Shown piece after piece: positions 17,637-26,845 of a stretch of 61,871 bases of DNA. The DNA lies in IMG/VR virus record IMGVR_UViG_3300024972_000005, positions 1 to 61,871 of that record. One strand, given 5' to 3'. Source of the stretch: a virus (taxonomy: Duplodnaviria > Caudoviricetes). The position numbers and the translations under genes were made by a program. Numbering within the stretch: position 1 is the stretch's first letter; every line of letters begins with the position of its first letter. The notes under the pieces are model-generated. The model saw only the letters and a list, made by a program, of their open reading frames with translations, ran no database searches and was not told where the DNA came from.

Positions 17637-17864
17637 GTGATCGAAATGGACACAAACATCAACAGAATGAAGCGCGAACGAATGACCTGCCGTTGTGCAG
17701 CCTACCCGTTCCCACATCGCATTGATAGCAAAGCCTGCCGCGAACTTTATAACGCTACCCAGGCTGATCAGGAATCTTCTGCACCATTCAATCCTGATAT
17801 GGAATATGCGGTTAGCAGCTTATTCACACCTGACAACTCCCGTCCTGTGAGAAACCCACTATGA
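17637..17864 (+). CDS. Hypothetical early protein (CxC...H...C)
   Basis: First ORF after PL; TCRCAAYPFPHR motif. Confidence 0.55.
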   Translation: MIEMDTNINRMKRERMTCRCAAYPFPHRIDSKACRELYNATQADQESSAPFNPDMEYAVSSLFTPDNSRPVRNPL

Positions 17865-18058
17865 ACAGCCACATTCTACATCGTGACGTAAAAGGCGCTG
17901 GCATCTTGGAAACCATTACGCCGGTCTGTTCCTGCGGTTGGATCGGCATCGGTTACGCCGCACATAACGACTATCAGATCACTAATGTACGTGAGCAGGA
18001 ACAGAAGCATCTGCATACCGTGTCGCTTGATGTTCTGGTTAGAAAGGAATTGTCATGA
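17861..18058 (+). CDS. Hypothetical protein (CSCGW Zn-binding)
   Basis: Coupled ORF. Confidence 0.55.
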   Translation: MNSHILHRDVKGAGILETITPVCSCGWIGIGYAAHNDYQITNVREQEQKHLHTVSLDVLVRKELS

Positions 18059-18294
18059 ATACCAAGGCTGCAAAAACAATTTTAAGTGAAACCTCACTGA
18101 TGGCGGTATGCCTTTCCATTCTGTATTTAAGTGTGCTGGGTGTCATACAGGTGCGTGACGAATATCTGAACATTCAGGCCAAACAGGAAGTGGAGTGGTG
18201 TGAAACCTATTTCAACGAATCAATCGCCCTTGTGCCATGCACTGTACACGGCTACGGCACTAAATCAGCGCGAGTGGATTGGAAACGCAAATGA
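18055..18294 (+). CDS. Hypothetical membrane protein
   Basis: Coupled ORF with TM segment. Confidence 0.5.
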   Translation: MNTKAAKTILSETSLMAVCLSILYLSVLGVIQVRDEYLNIQAKQEVEWCETYFNESIALVPCTVHGYGTKSARVDWKRK

Positions 18295-18601
18295 TCATGG
18301 TCGATTACAAGAATCATCAGCCAGCTAGAAAACTGAATCAACGGAAATACCGGTTTGTGAAGGTGGCGATGGCGGCAGCGGTAACAGTAGTTTTATTCAG
18401 TTTAACTTTAGTGAGGATATATCAATGAATCAGTTTTTCTATGGCTTTCTTAGCGGTGGTTTGACGCTATTGGCCTTCAAGTACGTCATCGGTGTTATTG
18501 ACGATTACCAATACTACAGCACGCTTAAAAACGGCAATCGGCTAGTACATAGCAAATTGCGTGCTTTAAACAATGCTTTGAAAAATAAGTGAGGGCAAAT
18601 C

Positions 18602-19627
18602 ATGGACGACACAAACGCAATGGTTGCAGAAAACAATATGGTTGGAATGCTCAACAAGAGTGAGATTGACCAGCAGATTGCAACGGCACACAAATATCCG
18701 CGCTCTATCAAACGGTTTCGTGATGAAACCCTGCAGATGGTAACGCTTAATGAAAACGTGGCAGCAGAATGCATTTATTCGCTACCGAGGGATGGGAAAA
18801 CGATTGAAGGCGCAAGCGCACGCTTTGCCGAGGTAGTTGCATCAGCGTGGGGCAATAGTCGTGCCGGTGCGCGTGTTATTGATGATCGCGGTGACTTTGT
18901 AACTGCCCAAGGTGTATTTCACGACCTTGAAAAGAATGTGGCAATCACTTATGAAGTACAACGCCGTATTGTTGATAAATTCGGCAAGCGCTATAAGCCA
19001 GATATGATCACCGTCACTGCTAATGCGGCCTGCTCTATTGCACTTCGTAATGCAATCCTGAAAGGTGTACCAAAAGCCTTTTGGTCTGATATGTATGAGG
19101 CCGCACGCAAAACAGTGATGGGTGACTTTGCAACACTTGCTAATCGCCGCGCAAACGCCCTGGCTAAATTCCAGGCTTACGGTGTCACACCAGAACAGAT
19201 ATTTGCAACACTAGATGTGCAAGGCGTTGAGGACATTAGCCTTGAACACATTGCCACACTGGTTGGCATTATGACCGCCATCAAAGACGGTGACACAACG
19301 CCGGAAGAAGCCTTTGGCAGCGCCAAAAAGTCTGATGCCGCCCCTGCCGAAAAACCAGTGCTATCAGACGAGGAATTTCAAAAGCGCCTGAATAGCGAAT
19401 GGAAACCTGTCATTGCATCTGGCAAGAAAACGCCAGCACAGATCATCACCATGATTCATAGCGCAAACAAACTGACAGACGCGCAAATGCAAGCCATTAA
19501 TGCCACTGTTCCAGCAAACAAAGCTGAACAGAAAGCAGAACAAGAACCTGCAGCAGAAGCCGCAAAAAGTGATGTGCAAGATGACTTCGTAGCTGATATG
19601 ACAAAAGCTGAAAGCGAGAATAAATAA
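18602..19627 (+). CDS. Putative single-strand annealing/recombination protein
   Basis: EIDQQIATAHKYPRS...IEGASARFAE..WGN; coupled to YqaJ-like exonuclease. Confidence 0.6.
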   Translation: MDDTNAMVAENNMVGMLNKSEIDQQIATAHKYPRSIKRFRDETLQMVTLNENVAAECIYSLPRDGKTIEGASARFAEVVASAWGNSRAGARVIDDRGDFVTAQGVFHDLEKNVAITYEVQRRIVDKFGKRYKPDMITVTANAACSIALRNAILKGVPKAFWSDMYEAARKTVMGDFATLANRRANALAKFQAYGVTPEQIFATLDVQGVEDISLEHIATLVGIMTAIKDGDTTPEEAFGSAKKSDAAPAEKPVLSDEEFQKRLNSEWKPVIASGKKTPAQIITMIHSANKLTDAQMQAINATVPANKAEQKAEQEPAAEAAKSDVQDDFVADMTKAESENK

Positions 19628-21270
19628 TGATCACCCATGACTTAATTCAAGGCACACCAGAGTGGCATGAACACCGCGAAAAATATGACAATGCCAGCGA
19701 CTTGCCAGCCGCAGCAGGTGTAAGCAAGTATAAAAAACGTGATCAATTACTACAGGAATATGCCATTGGCATCAAACCTGAATTTAATGCTGCAACACAA
19801 GCAAGAATGGCAGATGGACACCGCTTTGAAGCATTGGCTAGACCTATTGCGGCGGCGCTTCTTGGTAAAAATCTTTATCCGGTCATCGGCACAGACGGCA
19901 CTCTTGGCGCTTCATTTGATGGCGTACCGGCAGATGATTCAATAGATTGGGAACATAAATCATTGAATGATGATATTCGTGCCTGCAATTCCGGCGATGA
20001 ACTTGATGAAATGTATAAATTGCAGATGGATCAACAGCTTTTAATTCTTGGTTCTGATACTGCATTATTTAGCGCAACGTCATGGGTGAGATCAATCGAG
20101 CCGACTGAACACCAGTTAATTGAAATCATTGATGGTGTAGAAGTGGTCACTTATTACACGCTACAAGAAGAAAAACACTTGTGGTACACCACCACACCAG
20201 AACGCAAACAGGCCGTGATTGACATTTGGGCGCAGTTTCATCGTGACCTTGATAATTACACACCGCCGGTGATCGCTGAAAAACTGGAAGCCAAAGCAAT
20301 CGAAGGCTTACCTACCCTATTCATTCAGGCCGTTGGCGAGATTACCACCAACAACATGAAAGAGTACGGGCAAGCACTGGCTAAACGTCTGAATGATGTG
20401 CGCCAGATTGTACTGGTGTCTGACCAAGACTTTGTGGACGCTAAAGCCGCAGCTAAACACTTGCGCGATAGCATTGAGCAGGCCAAGCAAGCAAAAGAAG
20501 CCATGCTGTCACAGACTGTTACCGTAGGTGAAGCGGCACGCATGATTGATGCTTGGTGCGAAGATATGCGCGTTACCGCTTTAAAACTTGAAAAAGACGT
20601 AGAGCGTGAGGACTTGGTTAAAAAAACCAAGATGATCACCGAGGCCAAAGGGAAATTCACCGGCATCATTGCGGCACTGGAAGCAGAAACCGCCCCGATT
20701 CGCCTGCAGTTATATTCACCTGATTTTGCAACCGCTATTAAAGGTAAGCGTAACTACGAGAGCATGCAGGGTGCTATCAATGATCTGTTGGCACAGTCAG
20801 AACGTGAAGCCAACAACCTGGCTAAAGACATTCGCACCAAACAAACATGGTTTAAATCACTCGACTGCCAATTCCCTATTTTTGCGGATCTGCAAACGCT
20901 TATTTATAAACCGGCTGACGATTTAAAATTGGCAGTGAATGCGCGTATTGCCGAGCATGAAAAGGCGCTGGCAGAGAATGAGGCCAAGCGTGCGGCGGCG
21001 CTTGCAGAAGCGGCGGTAAAAGCACAGGTTGCTCATGAAGCTGCACACATTGCCAGCGCCGACAAACCGATCCCAGACGGTTATGCTGTGACAAGCGCAG
21101 TTGTGATGGGTATTGACCCTACCGCCGGTGAAGATAAAACGGCTAAAACTTTCGGCAAGCGCCCTACCGCCCAAGCAATTATTAACCTAGTAGCCACCAC
21201 TTATAACGTTGATATTACAACAGCGCAGCGCTGGCTAACACAGTCATTTGCAGAAGCGAAAGCAGCATAA
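19627..21270 (+). CDS. YqaJ/lambda-exonuclease-like nuclease with coiled-coil C-terminus
   Basis: QGTPEWHEHR...ASD...GHRFEALAR...ASFDG...WEHK. Confidence 0.85.
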   Translation: MITHDLIQGTPEWHEHREKYDNASDLPAAAGVSKYKKRDQLLQEYAIGIKPEFNAATQARMADGHRFEALARPIAAALLGKNLYPVIGTDGTLGASFDGVPADDSIDWEHKSLNDDIRACNSGDELDEMYKLQMDQQLLILGSDTALFSATSWVRSIEPTEHQLIEIIDGVEVVTYYTLQEEKHLWYTTTPERKQAVIDIWAQFHRDLDNYTPPVIAEKLEAKAIEGLPTLFIQAVGEITTNNMKEYGQALAKRLNDVRQIVLVSDQDFVDAKAAAKHLRDSIEQAKQAKEAMLSQTVTVGEAARMIDAWCEDMRVTALKLEKDVEREDLVKKTKMITEAKGKFTGIIAALEAETAPIRLQLYSPDFATAIKGKRNYESMQGAINDLLAQSEREANNLAKDIRTKQTWFKSLDCQFPIFADLQTLIYKPADDLKLAVNARIAEHEKALAENEAKRAAALAEAAVKAQVAHEAAHIASADKPIPDGYAVTSAVVMGIDPTAGEDKTAKTFGKRPTAQAIINLVATTYNVDITTAQRWLTQSFAEAKAA

Positions 21271-21272
21271 CC

Positions 21273-21467
21273 ATGTACCGCCTTCTGATCGAGCGTGTCA
21301 GAAATAACCCACTTACAGGGGGCGTGCAATACAAGTGCATTAGTTGCAGGGTATCTAGGCAGACTGATTTTTACACATACCCAAATGAAAAAATGTTTTA
21401 CATGACCGTAAATCAGCCGCACAGAATTGGCACTTACATTAACCCACGCAAGGCACTAGGTGTTTAG
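21273..21467 (+). CDS. Hypothetical protein
   Basis: 64-aa ORF in operon. Confidence 0.4.
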   Translation: MYRLLIERVRNNPLTGGVQYKCISCRVSRQTDFYTYPNEKMFYMTVNQPHRIGTYINPRKALGV

Positions 21468-21494
21468 TTTTTTCATCAAGAAAAGGAGCATCAA

Positions 21495-21782
21495 ATGCAT
21501 CAAATTAATCAAACAATCAGAGCAAATTCTGCACCGGAAAAAGATGACCAGGTGACACTTGAAATGTCTGCATTAAATGAAGAATGCAGGACGCTTTTAG
21601 AACGGCTTGAACGGCTAACAGAAAGATTGTATCCGATACTGCTTAATGTTCCAGTTGCCTTAAAGGAGTGTGAAGAAACCAGTTATTTAGTGCCTCACGC
21701 CGCTGAAATTAAAGACAATAGATTGCTGGTTTCGGCGGCAAGCCAAAAGGTTCTTTACATCTTGGAAAACATACAAATCTAA
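21495..21782 (+). CDS. Hypothetical protein
   Basis: 95 aa, AAGGAG RBS. Confidence 0.6.
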   Translation: MHQINQTIRANSAPEKDDQVTLEMSALNEECRTLLERLERLTERLYPILLNVPVALKECEETSYLVPHAAEIKDNRLLVSAASQKVLYILENIQI

Positions 21783-21899
21783 GTTATGGGCGAAATTCAC
21801 CATCTAGTCGCGCTACGTAAATAGTCGGGCAGGAGCTAGAGCCGTCCATACGGAACAGGGATAGAAAAGTAGCCCACCCATTGAAAAGAAGGAACAAAA

Positions 21900-22493
21900 A
21901 TGAAACTCGCCGCATTTTATGACACAGAAACAACCGGACTGCCATTGTTTTCAGAGCCGTCAGAAGATCCGCGCCAGCCGCACATTGTTCAGTTGGCTGC
22001 AATCTTGGTGGACTTGGATAGCAAAAAGACCGTTCAGTCGATTGACTTGGTTATCAAGCCGCACGGATGGGTAATTACACCAGAGATCACAGAAATACAC
22101 GGCATTACACAAGAGTATGCCATGGACGTTGGTGTAAGTGAGGACGATGCCGCAAGCATTTTAATTGATATGGTTGGCAATCGTTTACGCATAGGCCACA
22201 ACGAACAGTTTGACGCAAGAATCATCCGTATTGCAGCCAAGCGCTACTTCGGCGAAGTAGTGGCTGATACGTGGAAGTCAGGTGAAGCCGAATGTACAGC
22301 CAGGCTATCAACAAAGCTGTGCAATCTGCCACCGACTGAAAAGATGATTGCAGCAAAGAAAAACTTTAATAAAACACCGAACCTTACCGAAGCGTACACG
22401 CATTTCTTTGGTAAGGGATTTGATGACGCACACACGGCGATGGCTGACGTGCTTGCGTGCCGTGATGTTTATTTTGCCGTTAAAGAGGCATAA
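21900..22493 (+). CDS. DEDDh 3'-5' exonuclease (DnaQ-like)
   Basis: YDTETTG, GHNEQFD, AHTAMAD motifs. Confidence 0.9.
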   Translation: MKLAAFYDTETTGLPLFSEPSEDPRQPHIVQLAAILVDLDSKKTVQSIDLVIKPHGWVITPEITEIHGITQEYAMDVGVSEDDAASILIDMVGNRLRIGHNEQFDARIIRIAAKRYFGEVVADTWKSGEAECTARLSTKLCNLPPTEKMIAAKKNFNKTPNLTEAYTHFFGKGFDDAHTAMADVLACRDVYFAVKEA

Positions 22494-22559
22494 AGGTTTA
22501 CGCCATCACAAAGTAGCACAGACGCACCATCAACTTAACCCAGAGAAGGAATATTAAAA

Positions 22560-23174
22560 ATGAAATCATCAGTTAAAGAAATTGAAACAATCATCGGCAC
22601 TGCTATGGGTGACGGGTTCTATGCTGGTCGCATCATGATCGACAATCAAGCCTTTGCCATCATCGTTGCACCAAAGAATGAAGGTGAACACCCAGATACA
22701 CAATGGCATGACAATTACGACAGCATTGAAGGTGCAACATCATACTTTGATGGCTTGGCAAACACTAATGCAATGGTAGAGGCCGGAAGCACCCTGGCTA
22801 AATGGGCGCGTGAATTACGCATCGGCGGTAATGATGACTGGTATCTGCCAAGTCAGGATGAACTGGAAATCATCTATCGTAACCTGAAACCAAATACACG
22901 CGAAAACTCATGCTATGCGCGTTCCGGCATTAATCTATCTTCCATTGAACCTACTCGCCCATACACCGAAAAGTTCCCGTTACAAACGCAAGCGGAGTTA
23001 TTCAAACAAGGTGGTGCAGAAGCGTTTGAAGCCGATTGGTATTGGACTTCAACTCAGCACGCCTCCGACGGTGGTTATGCGTGGGGTCAGTACTTCGACA
23101 TTGGCAGTCAGAACTGCGGCAACAAGGATGGCAGCCTTTGCAGGGCGCGTGCTGTCCGCAGATTGCCAATTTAG
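22560..23174 (+). CDS. DGR target protein 1 (DUF1566/Lcl-like C-type lectin fold)
   Basis: DWYLPSQDEL, WYWTSTQ, YAW, RARAVRR motifs; C-terminal VR1. Confidence 0.92.
   Translation: MKSSVKEIETIIGTAMGDGFYAGRIMIDNQAFAIIVAPKNEGEHPDTQWHDNYDSIEGATSYFDGLANTNAMVEAGSTLAKWARELRIGGNDDWYLPSQDELEIIYRNLKPNTRENSCYARSGINLSSIEPTRPYTEKFPLQTQAELFKQGGAEAFEADWYWTSTQHASDGGYAWGQYFDIGSQNCGNKDGSLCRARAVRRLPI
23055..23162 (+). repeat. DGR variable repeat VR1
   Basis: 108 bp; 19 mismatches to TR, 18 at TR adenines. Confidence 0.95.
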
Positions 23175-23211
23175 TCATTTAACAATTTGTTTTTAACAAC
23201 AGGAGTAATAC

Positions 23212-23673
23212 ATGAAAACAGTCACATTAGAAGCAATTGAAAAAGAACATCAGAAGGTTTCTGAATTAATTGCTCAATTCAAAGCACAGATCACTTCTCA
23301 ATTTGTTTTTCCTGAAACTGAAATTCAACTGGCTCACGGTGAGCATTATGCCGGTGTCATTCTCGGCAAAGATGGCGAATCAAGCTATCACCTTATTCTG
23401 TTGCCGGAAGATAAAGACGGTGGCAAATGGCAAGCCGCTATGGATTGGGCTAAATCAATCGGCGGCGAGTTGCCTACACGCCGCGAACAATCTCTGCTGT
23501 TTGCTAACTTGAAAGAAGAGTTTCAAGAGCAGTGGTACTGGTCTAGCGTCCAGCACGCCTCGTACGATGATTATGCATGGTCTCAGACCTTCAGCCTTGG
23601 CACTCAGGGCTCCAGCGGCAAGGATGGCAACAGTTGCAGGGCGCGTGCTGTCCGCAGATTAGTAATTGAATAA
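23212..23673 (+). CDS. DGR target protein 2 (DUF1566/Lcl-like C-type lectin fold)
   Basis: WQAAMDWA, GELPTRRE, WYWSS, RARAVRR motifs; C-terminal VR2. Confidence 0.92.
   Translation: MKTVTLEAIEKEHQKVSELIAQFKAQITSQFVFPETEIQLAHGEHYAGVILGKDGESSYHLILLPEDKDGGKWQAAMDWAKSIGGELPTRREQSLLFANLKEEFQEQWYWSSVQHASYDDYAWSQTFSLGTQGSSGKDGNSCRARAVRRLVIE
23551..23658 (+). repeat. DGR variable repeat VR2
   Basis: 108 bp; 17 mismatches to TR, all at TR adenines. Confidence 0.96.
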
Positions 23674-23701
23674 TTTAGTTTTTAAGGTTTAGGGAATCGA
23701 C

Positions 23702-24055
23702 ATGGCTATCCATACAGACTTACCAATTTACAAGGCAGCTTACGAGTTGCTAGATAAAAGCACAGATCTTGCCAAAAATATGCCTAGAGATTTTAAGGTG
23801 TCTATTGGTGGTGTAATCCGTGATGAATGTCTGGCAATTCTTGTGCTGGTTTTCCGCGCCAATGTTGCGCAGGATAAATCGAAACACCTTGTATCTTTGA
23901 TAGAGCGCTTACAAGTCGCAGAACTGATGTTGCGCCTATCAAGAGATAAACGACTAATCTCAATAAAGCAGTATGCAGAAGCAATTTTATTGACGGGCAG
24001 CATTGGTAAACAAGCTACTGGATGGCGCAAAGCAACTTTGTCGCCCGTTTCATAA
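23702..24055 (+). CDS. avd: DGR accessory variability determinant (four-helix bundle)
   Basis: 117 aa, LPIYK...MPRDFK.SIG...IGKQATGWRK; canonical position upstream of TR. Confidence 0.9.
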   Translation: MAIHTDLPIYKAAYELLDKSTDLAKNMPRDFKVSIGGVIRDECLAILVLVFRANVAQDKSKHLVSLIERLQVAELMLRLSRDKRLISIKQYAEAILLTGSIGKQATGWRKATLSPVS

Positions 24056-25458
24056 TGGTTACGGCCAATATGACTGAGCGTAATTTTAATCTGGTTTTGC
24101 CGCTAGCTCAAAAGGCTACCGCCATGCGCGAAATAGATACCACTGACAGTAGTCAGGTTCGGTCTGGCGCAGTTTCTAAAATGATAGGTGAAAATCTTCG
24201 TTTTGGTGACGTAGATAGCAAGACAAATAACAGCACGCCTCAAACGATGATTATGCATGGTATCAGAACTTCAACAATGGCAATCAGAACTACAACAACA
24301 AGGATAACAACAATTGCAGGGCGCGTGCTGTCCGCAGACGAAAACAATCACAACAATGTCGATTTCTCTTTTACAGAATTGGCGCAAGCCTATTTTGATT
24401 GCAGAAAACATAAACGCAATACAGCAAGCGCACTTGCGTTTGAGCAAAACTTAGAGCGCAATTTACTGGCGCTTTATGATGAATTATTGGATGGCACATA
24501 TCAGCCAGGCACTTCGATTTGCTTTGTCATTACCAGGCCGAAAGCACGCGAAGTGTGGGCGGCTGATTTCCGTGACCGGATTGTGCATCACCTGTTCTAC
24601 AACAAAATATCACCACGCTTTTACGCATCATTCATCGTAGACAGTTGCGCATGCATACCTGGGCGCGGAACGCTGTATGCGGCAAAACGTCTTGAATCAA
24701 AAGTGCGTAGCATTACCCAGAATTGGAGCGTGCCAGCCTTTTATCTTAAATGTGACTTGGCTAACTTCTTTGTAAGTATTGATAAAGACGTGTTGTTTAC
24801 ACAAATCGCCAAAAAAGTAACCGAGCCTTGGTGGTTGGCTTTAGCAAAGACAATTCTCTATCACGACCCTCGCACCGATTACACCTTCAAAGGCAAGCCG
24901 CAATCCATTGAGTTAGTGCCGGCACATAAACGCTTGACTAACCAGCCTGGAAAGCTAGGTTTGCCTATTGGAAATCTGTCATCACAGTTCTTTGCAAATA
25001 TCTATTTGAATGAGCTTGATCAGCACATTAAACATCGCATCGGCGCGAAATATTACATTCGATACGTTGATGACTTCTTACTGCTGCATCACAGCCCACA
25101 GTGGCTAAACGCAGCGCTTGCAGACATTAATTCATTCTTGCCATCGCGGTTAAATGCGAATCTGAACCCAAGCAAAACAATACTGCAGCCTATTGATCGT
25201 GGCGTTGATTTTGTAGGACAGGTCATCATGCCTTGGCATCGGGTGACGAGAAAACGCACGGTGAATGAAGCGATACGCCGTATCAATATCACGCCGGATA
25301 GCGAGTTGTTTGAGGTTGCAAATAGCTATTTTGGTTTACTTGGTCAGGCATCAAAAAGCCAAAAATCAAGAGCAAGAATCGCAAACGCCCTACGCTGGCG
25401 TGGGCACACAATCAACAAGGCATTATCGAAAACATATAGGAAGGTTGATCATGGCTAA
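24022..25458 (+). CDS. DGR reverse transcriptase (true start uncertain, between 24022 and 24379)
   Basis: FRDRIVHH, LKCDLANFF, GLPIGNLSSQFFANIYL (DGR-type SQ), YIRYVDDF, GVDFVG motifs. Confidence 0.95.
   Translation: MAQSNFVARFIMVTANMTERNFNLVLPLAQKATAMREIDTTDSSQVRSGAVSKMIGENLRFGDVDSKTNNSTPQTMIMHGIRTSTMAIRTTTTRITTIAGRVLSADENNHNNVDFSFTELAQAYFDCRKHKRNTASALAFEQNLERNLLALYDELLDGTYQPGTSICFVITRPKAREVWAADFRDRIVHHLFYNKISPRFYASFIVDSCACIPGRGTLYAAKRLESKVRSITQNWSVPAFYLKCDLANFFVSIDKDVLFTQIAKKVTEPWWLALAKTILYHDPRTDYTFKGKPQSIELVPAHKRLTNQPGKLGLPIGNLSSQFFANIYLNELDQHIKHRIGAKYYIRYVDDFLLLHHSPQWLNAALADINSFLPSRLNANLNPSKTILQPIDRGVDFVGQVIMPWHRVTRKRTVNEAIRRINITPDSELFEVANSYFGLLGQASKSQKSRARIANALRWRGHTINKALSKTYRKVDHG
24231..24338 (+). 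ncRNA. DGR template repeat (TR)
   Basis: 108 bp rich in AAC/AAT (11 AAY codons in VR frame, 39 adenines), between avd and RT. Confidence 0.95.
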
Positions 25459-25527
25459 ACATCGCAACCAAAAAGGCGGCAAACGCCGCAACCGTAAAGA
25501 GATCAGGAAGCAGAAAGGTCATGTTGT

Positions 25528-25842
25528 ATGAGCATCAATATAAATATCGACTACGCGGCAGATGATAGCTGCCAGATTAAATTATGGGCAAAGGGTAATT
25601 ATAAAGCTGATGAATTTCTGGCGGCTTGTGAAGAAGCGTTAAAAGAGTGGGATGACAGAATTTTATCCTTGTCTGGGAAACTTATTAGGCACGCGCACTG
25701 GCGCACTATAAAAGCAGATTCAGAAACAAAAAGTCATGGAGTATCTGATTACATTCGCATTGAATCGAAGCAAGGCAAAGGCGCATATCTTGTTACGGAG
25801 CTTGTTGAATGGCTGCCTCTTTTTACAGAAGAAAGGAAATAG
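25528..25842 (+). CDS. Hypothetical protein
   Basis: 104-aa ORF. Confidence 0.55.
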   Translation: MSININIDYAADDSCQIKLWAKGNYKADEFLAACEEALKEWDDRILSLSGKLIRHAHWRTIKADSETKSHGVSDYIRIESKQGKGAYLVTELVEWLPLFTEERK

Positions 25843-25843
25843 G

Positions 25844-26062
25844 ATGCACGTAGATAAGATTACACCAATTTGCCCACATTGCGATTTTGAATTTGGAGCA
25901 GATGAAATGCTAAATGCAGGTGTTGATTTATATGCTTTAGCGCCAAATGAAGAAGAAGCAGACATTATTTGTCCGTATTGTGACCAAAATTTTGTCGTAA
26001 AGGGTGGATATATTCCAACTTATACAACTGCATTTTCACATGAAGAAATTGAATATAGTTAA
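25844..26062 (+). CDS. Small Zn-ribbon protein
   Basis: CPHC...CPYC; start reassigned to MHVDK. Confidence 0.6.
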   Translation: MHVDKITPICPHCDFEFGADEMLNAGVDLYALAPNEEEADIICPYCDQNFVVKGGYIPTYTTAFSHEEIEYS

Positions 26063-26072
26063 GGATTAACCC

Positions 26073-26513
26073 ATGACTAACGTACAGGAAGCATTAAATA
26101 ATGCACTTTTTACAATTCGGTGTTACAGGACTGAAATTACACTTGATAAGAAAAGACCGAATGACTTAATCGAAGTTGATTTAGTCATATCTAAAATTGA
26201 TGCCGCACTATCCGAGATAGAGAAGTGTGAGCCAGTGGCATACGATAAAAATAAGATTCGTTCAGAAGTAATGAGTAAATCTCCGATACCTTTTGGCGTA
26301 TGCGATGCTATAGATTTGACTATGCAAGCCATGGAACGTTTTATTACATCACCGCAGCCTCGTGAGTGGGTAGGGTTAAGTGAAGAAGATATTCGCGGAT
26401 TAGTAGTAGCTCAAAATAATGCACGATTAATTGAAGATTGCCTTCCAGAAGATTTACAAAAATTAGCAGATGCAATCACCGCCAAACTCAAGCAACTAAA
26501 CACGGAAGGTTAA
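26073..26513 (+). CDS. Hypothetical mosaic phage protein
   Basis: EPVAY and REWVGLSEEDI motifs common in small phage early proteins. Confidence 0.6.
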   Translation: MTNVQEALNNALFTIRCYRTEITLDKKRPNDLIEVDLVISKIDAALSEIEKCEPVAYDKNKIRSEVMSKSPIPFGVCDAIDLTMQAMERFITSPQPREWVGLSEEDIRGLVVAQNNARLIEDCLPEDLQKLADAITAKLKQLNTEG

Positions 26514-26515
26514 TC

Positions 26516-26845
26516 ATGAGATTAATAGATGCAGATGCTTTGTTGGAAGCAATGAGAAAAGAAGATGTGCTAAAAGTATATGAATGTATAAAGTTAGTAA
26601 CCAACGCCCCCACTATTCAGCGTGAAGGACGGGTAAGTGTAGAGGATACGAAGCGATTGAACTGGCTTGAAAACGAAATAGTTAGTGTTGATACGTTTGA
26701 AATGGATGAATCGTTTGGGTGGATTTTTACTCAATATTATTTAGGTGAAAAAGAGCCCAGAGAAATACACCGAAGCTTTTTAGAAGATTTAAGAAAAGCT
26801 ATTGACGAAGCCATGATTCAAGCCGCACCAACAGATACGGAGTAA
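26516..26845 (+). CDS. Hypothetical protein
   Basis: MRLIDADAL...LRKAIDEAM. Confidence 0.6.
   Translation: MRLIDADALLEAMRKEDVLKVYECIKLVTNAPTIQREGRVSVEDTKRLNWLENEIVSVDTFEMDESFGWIFTQYYLGEKEPREIHRSFLEDLRKAIDEAMIQAAPTDTE

Larger units (their letters stand above)
22560..25458 (+). mobile_element. Diversity-generating retroelement: target1-target2-avd-TR-RT
   Basis: Two VRs differing from TR almost only at TR adenines, Avd-like gene, DGR-type RT. Confidence 0.97.

Noticed and set aside
22915-23196. 93-aa ORF resembling the RT N-terminus (AGRVLSAD)
   Set aside because: Alternative-frame shadow of VR1; the similarity arises only from the TR/VR repeat.
23055-24338. Three-copy repeat as a CRISPR array
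   Set aside because: Copies are 108 bp, two lie in coding 3' ends, spacing is irregular and there are no cas genes.
24022-25458. RT as group II intron, retron or Abi RT
   Set aside because: SQ motif, adjacent avd and TR/VR pairs with adenine-specific mismatches identify a DGR; no intron or msr-msd features seen.
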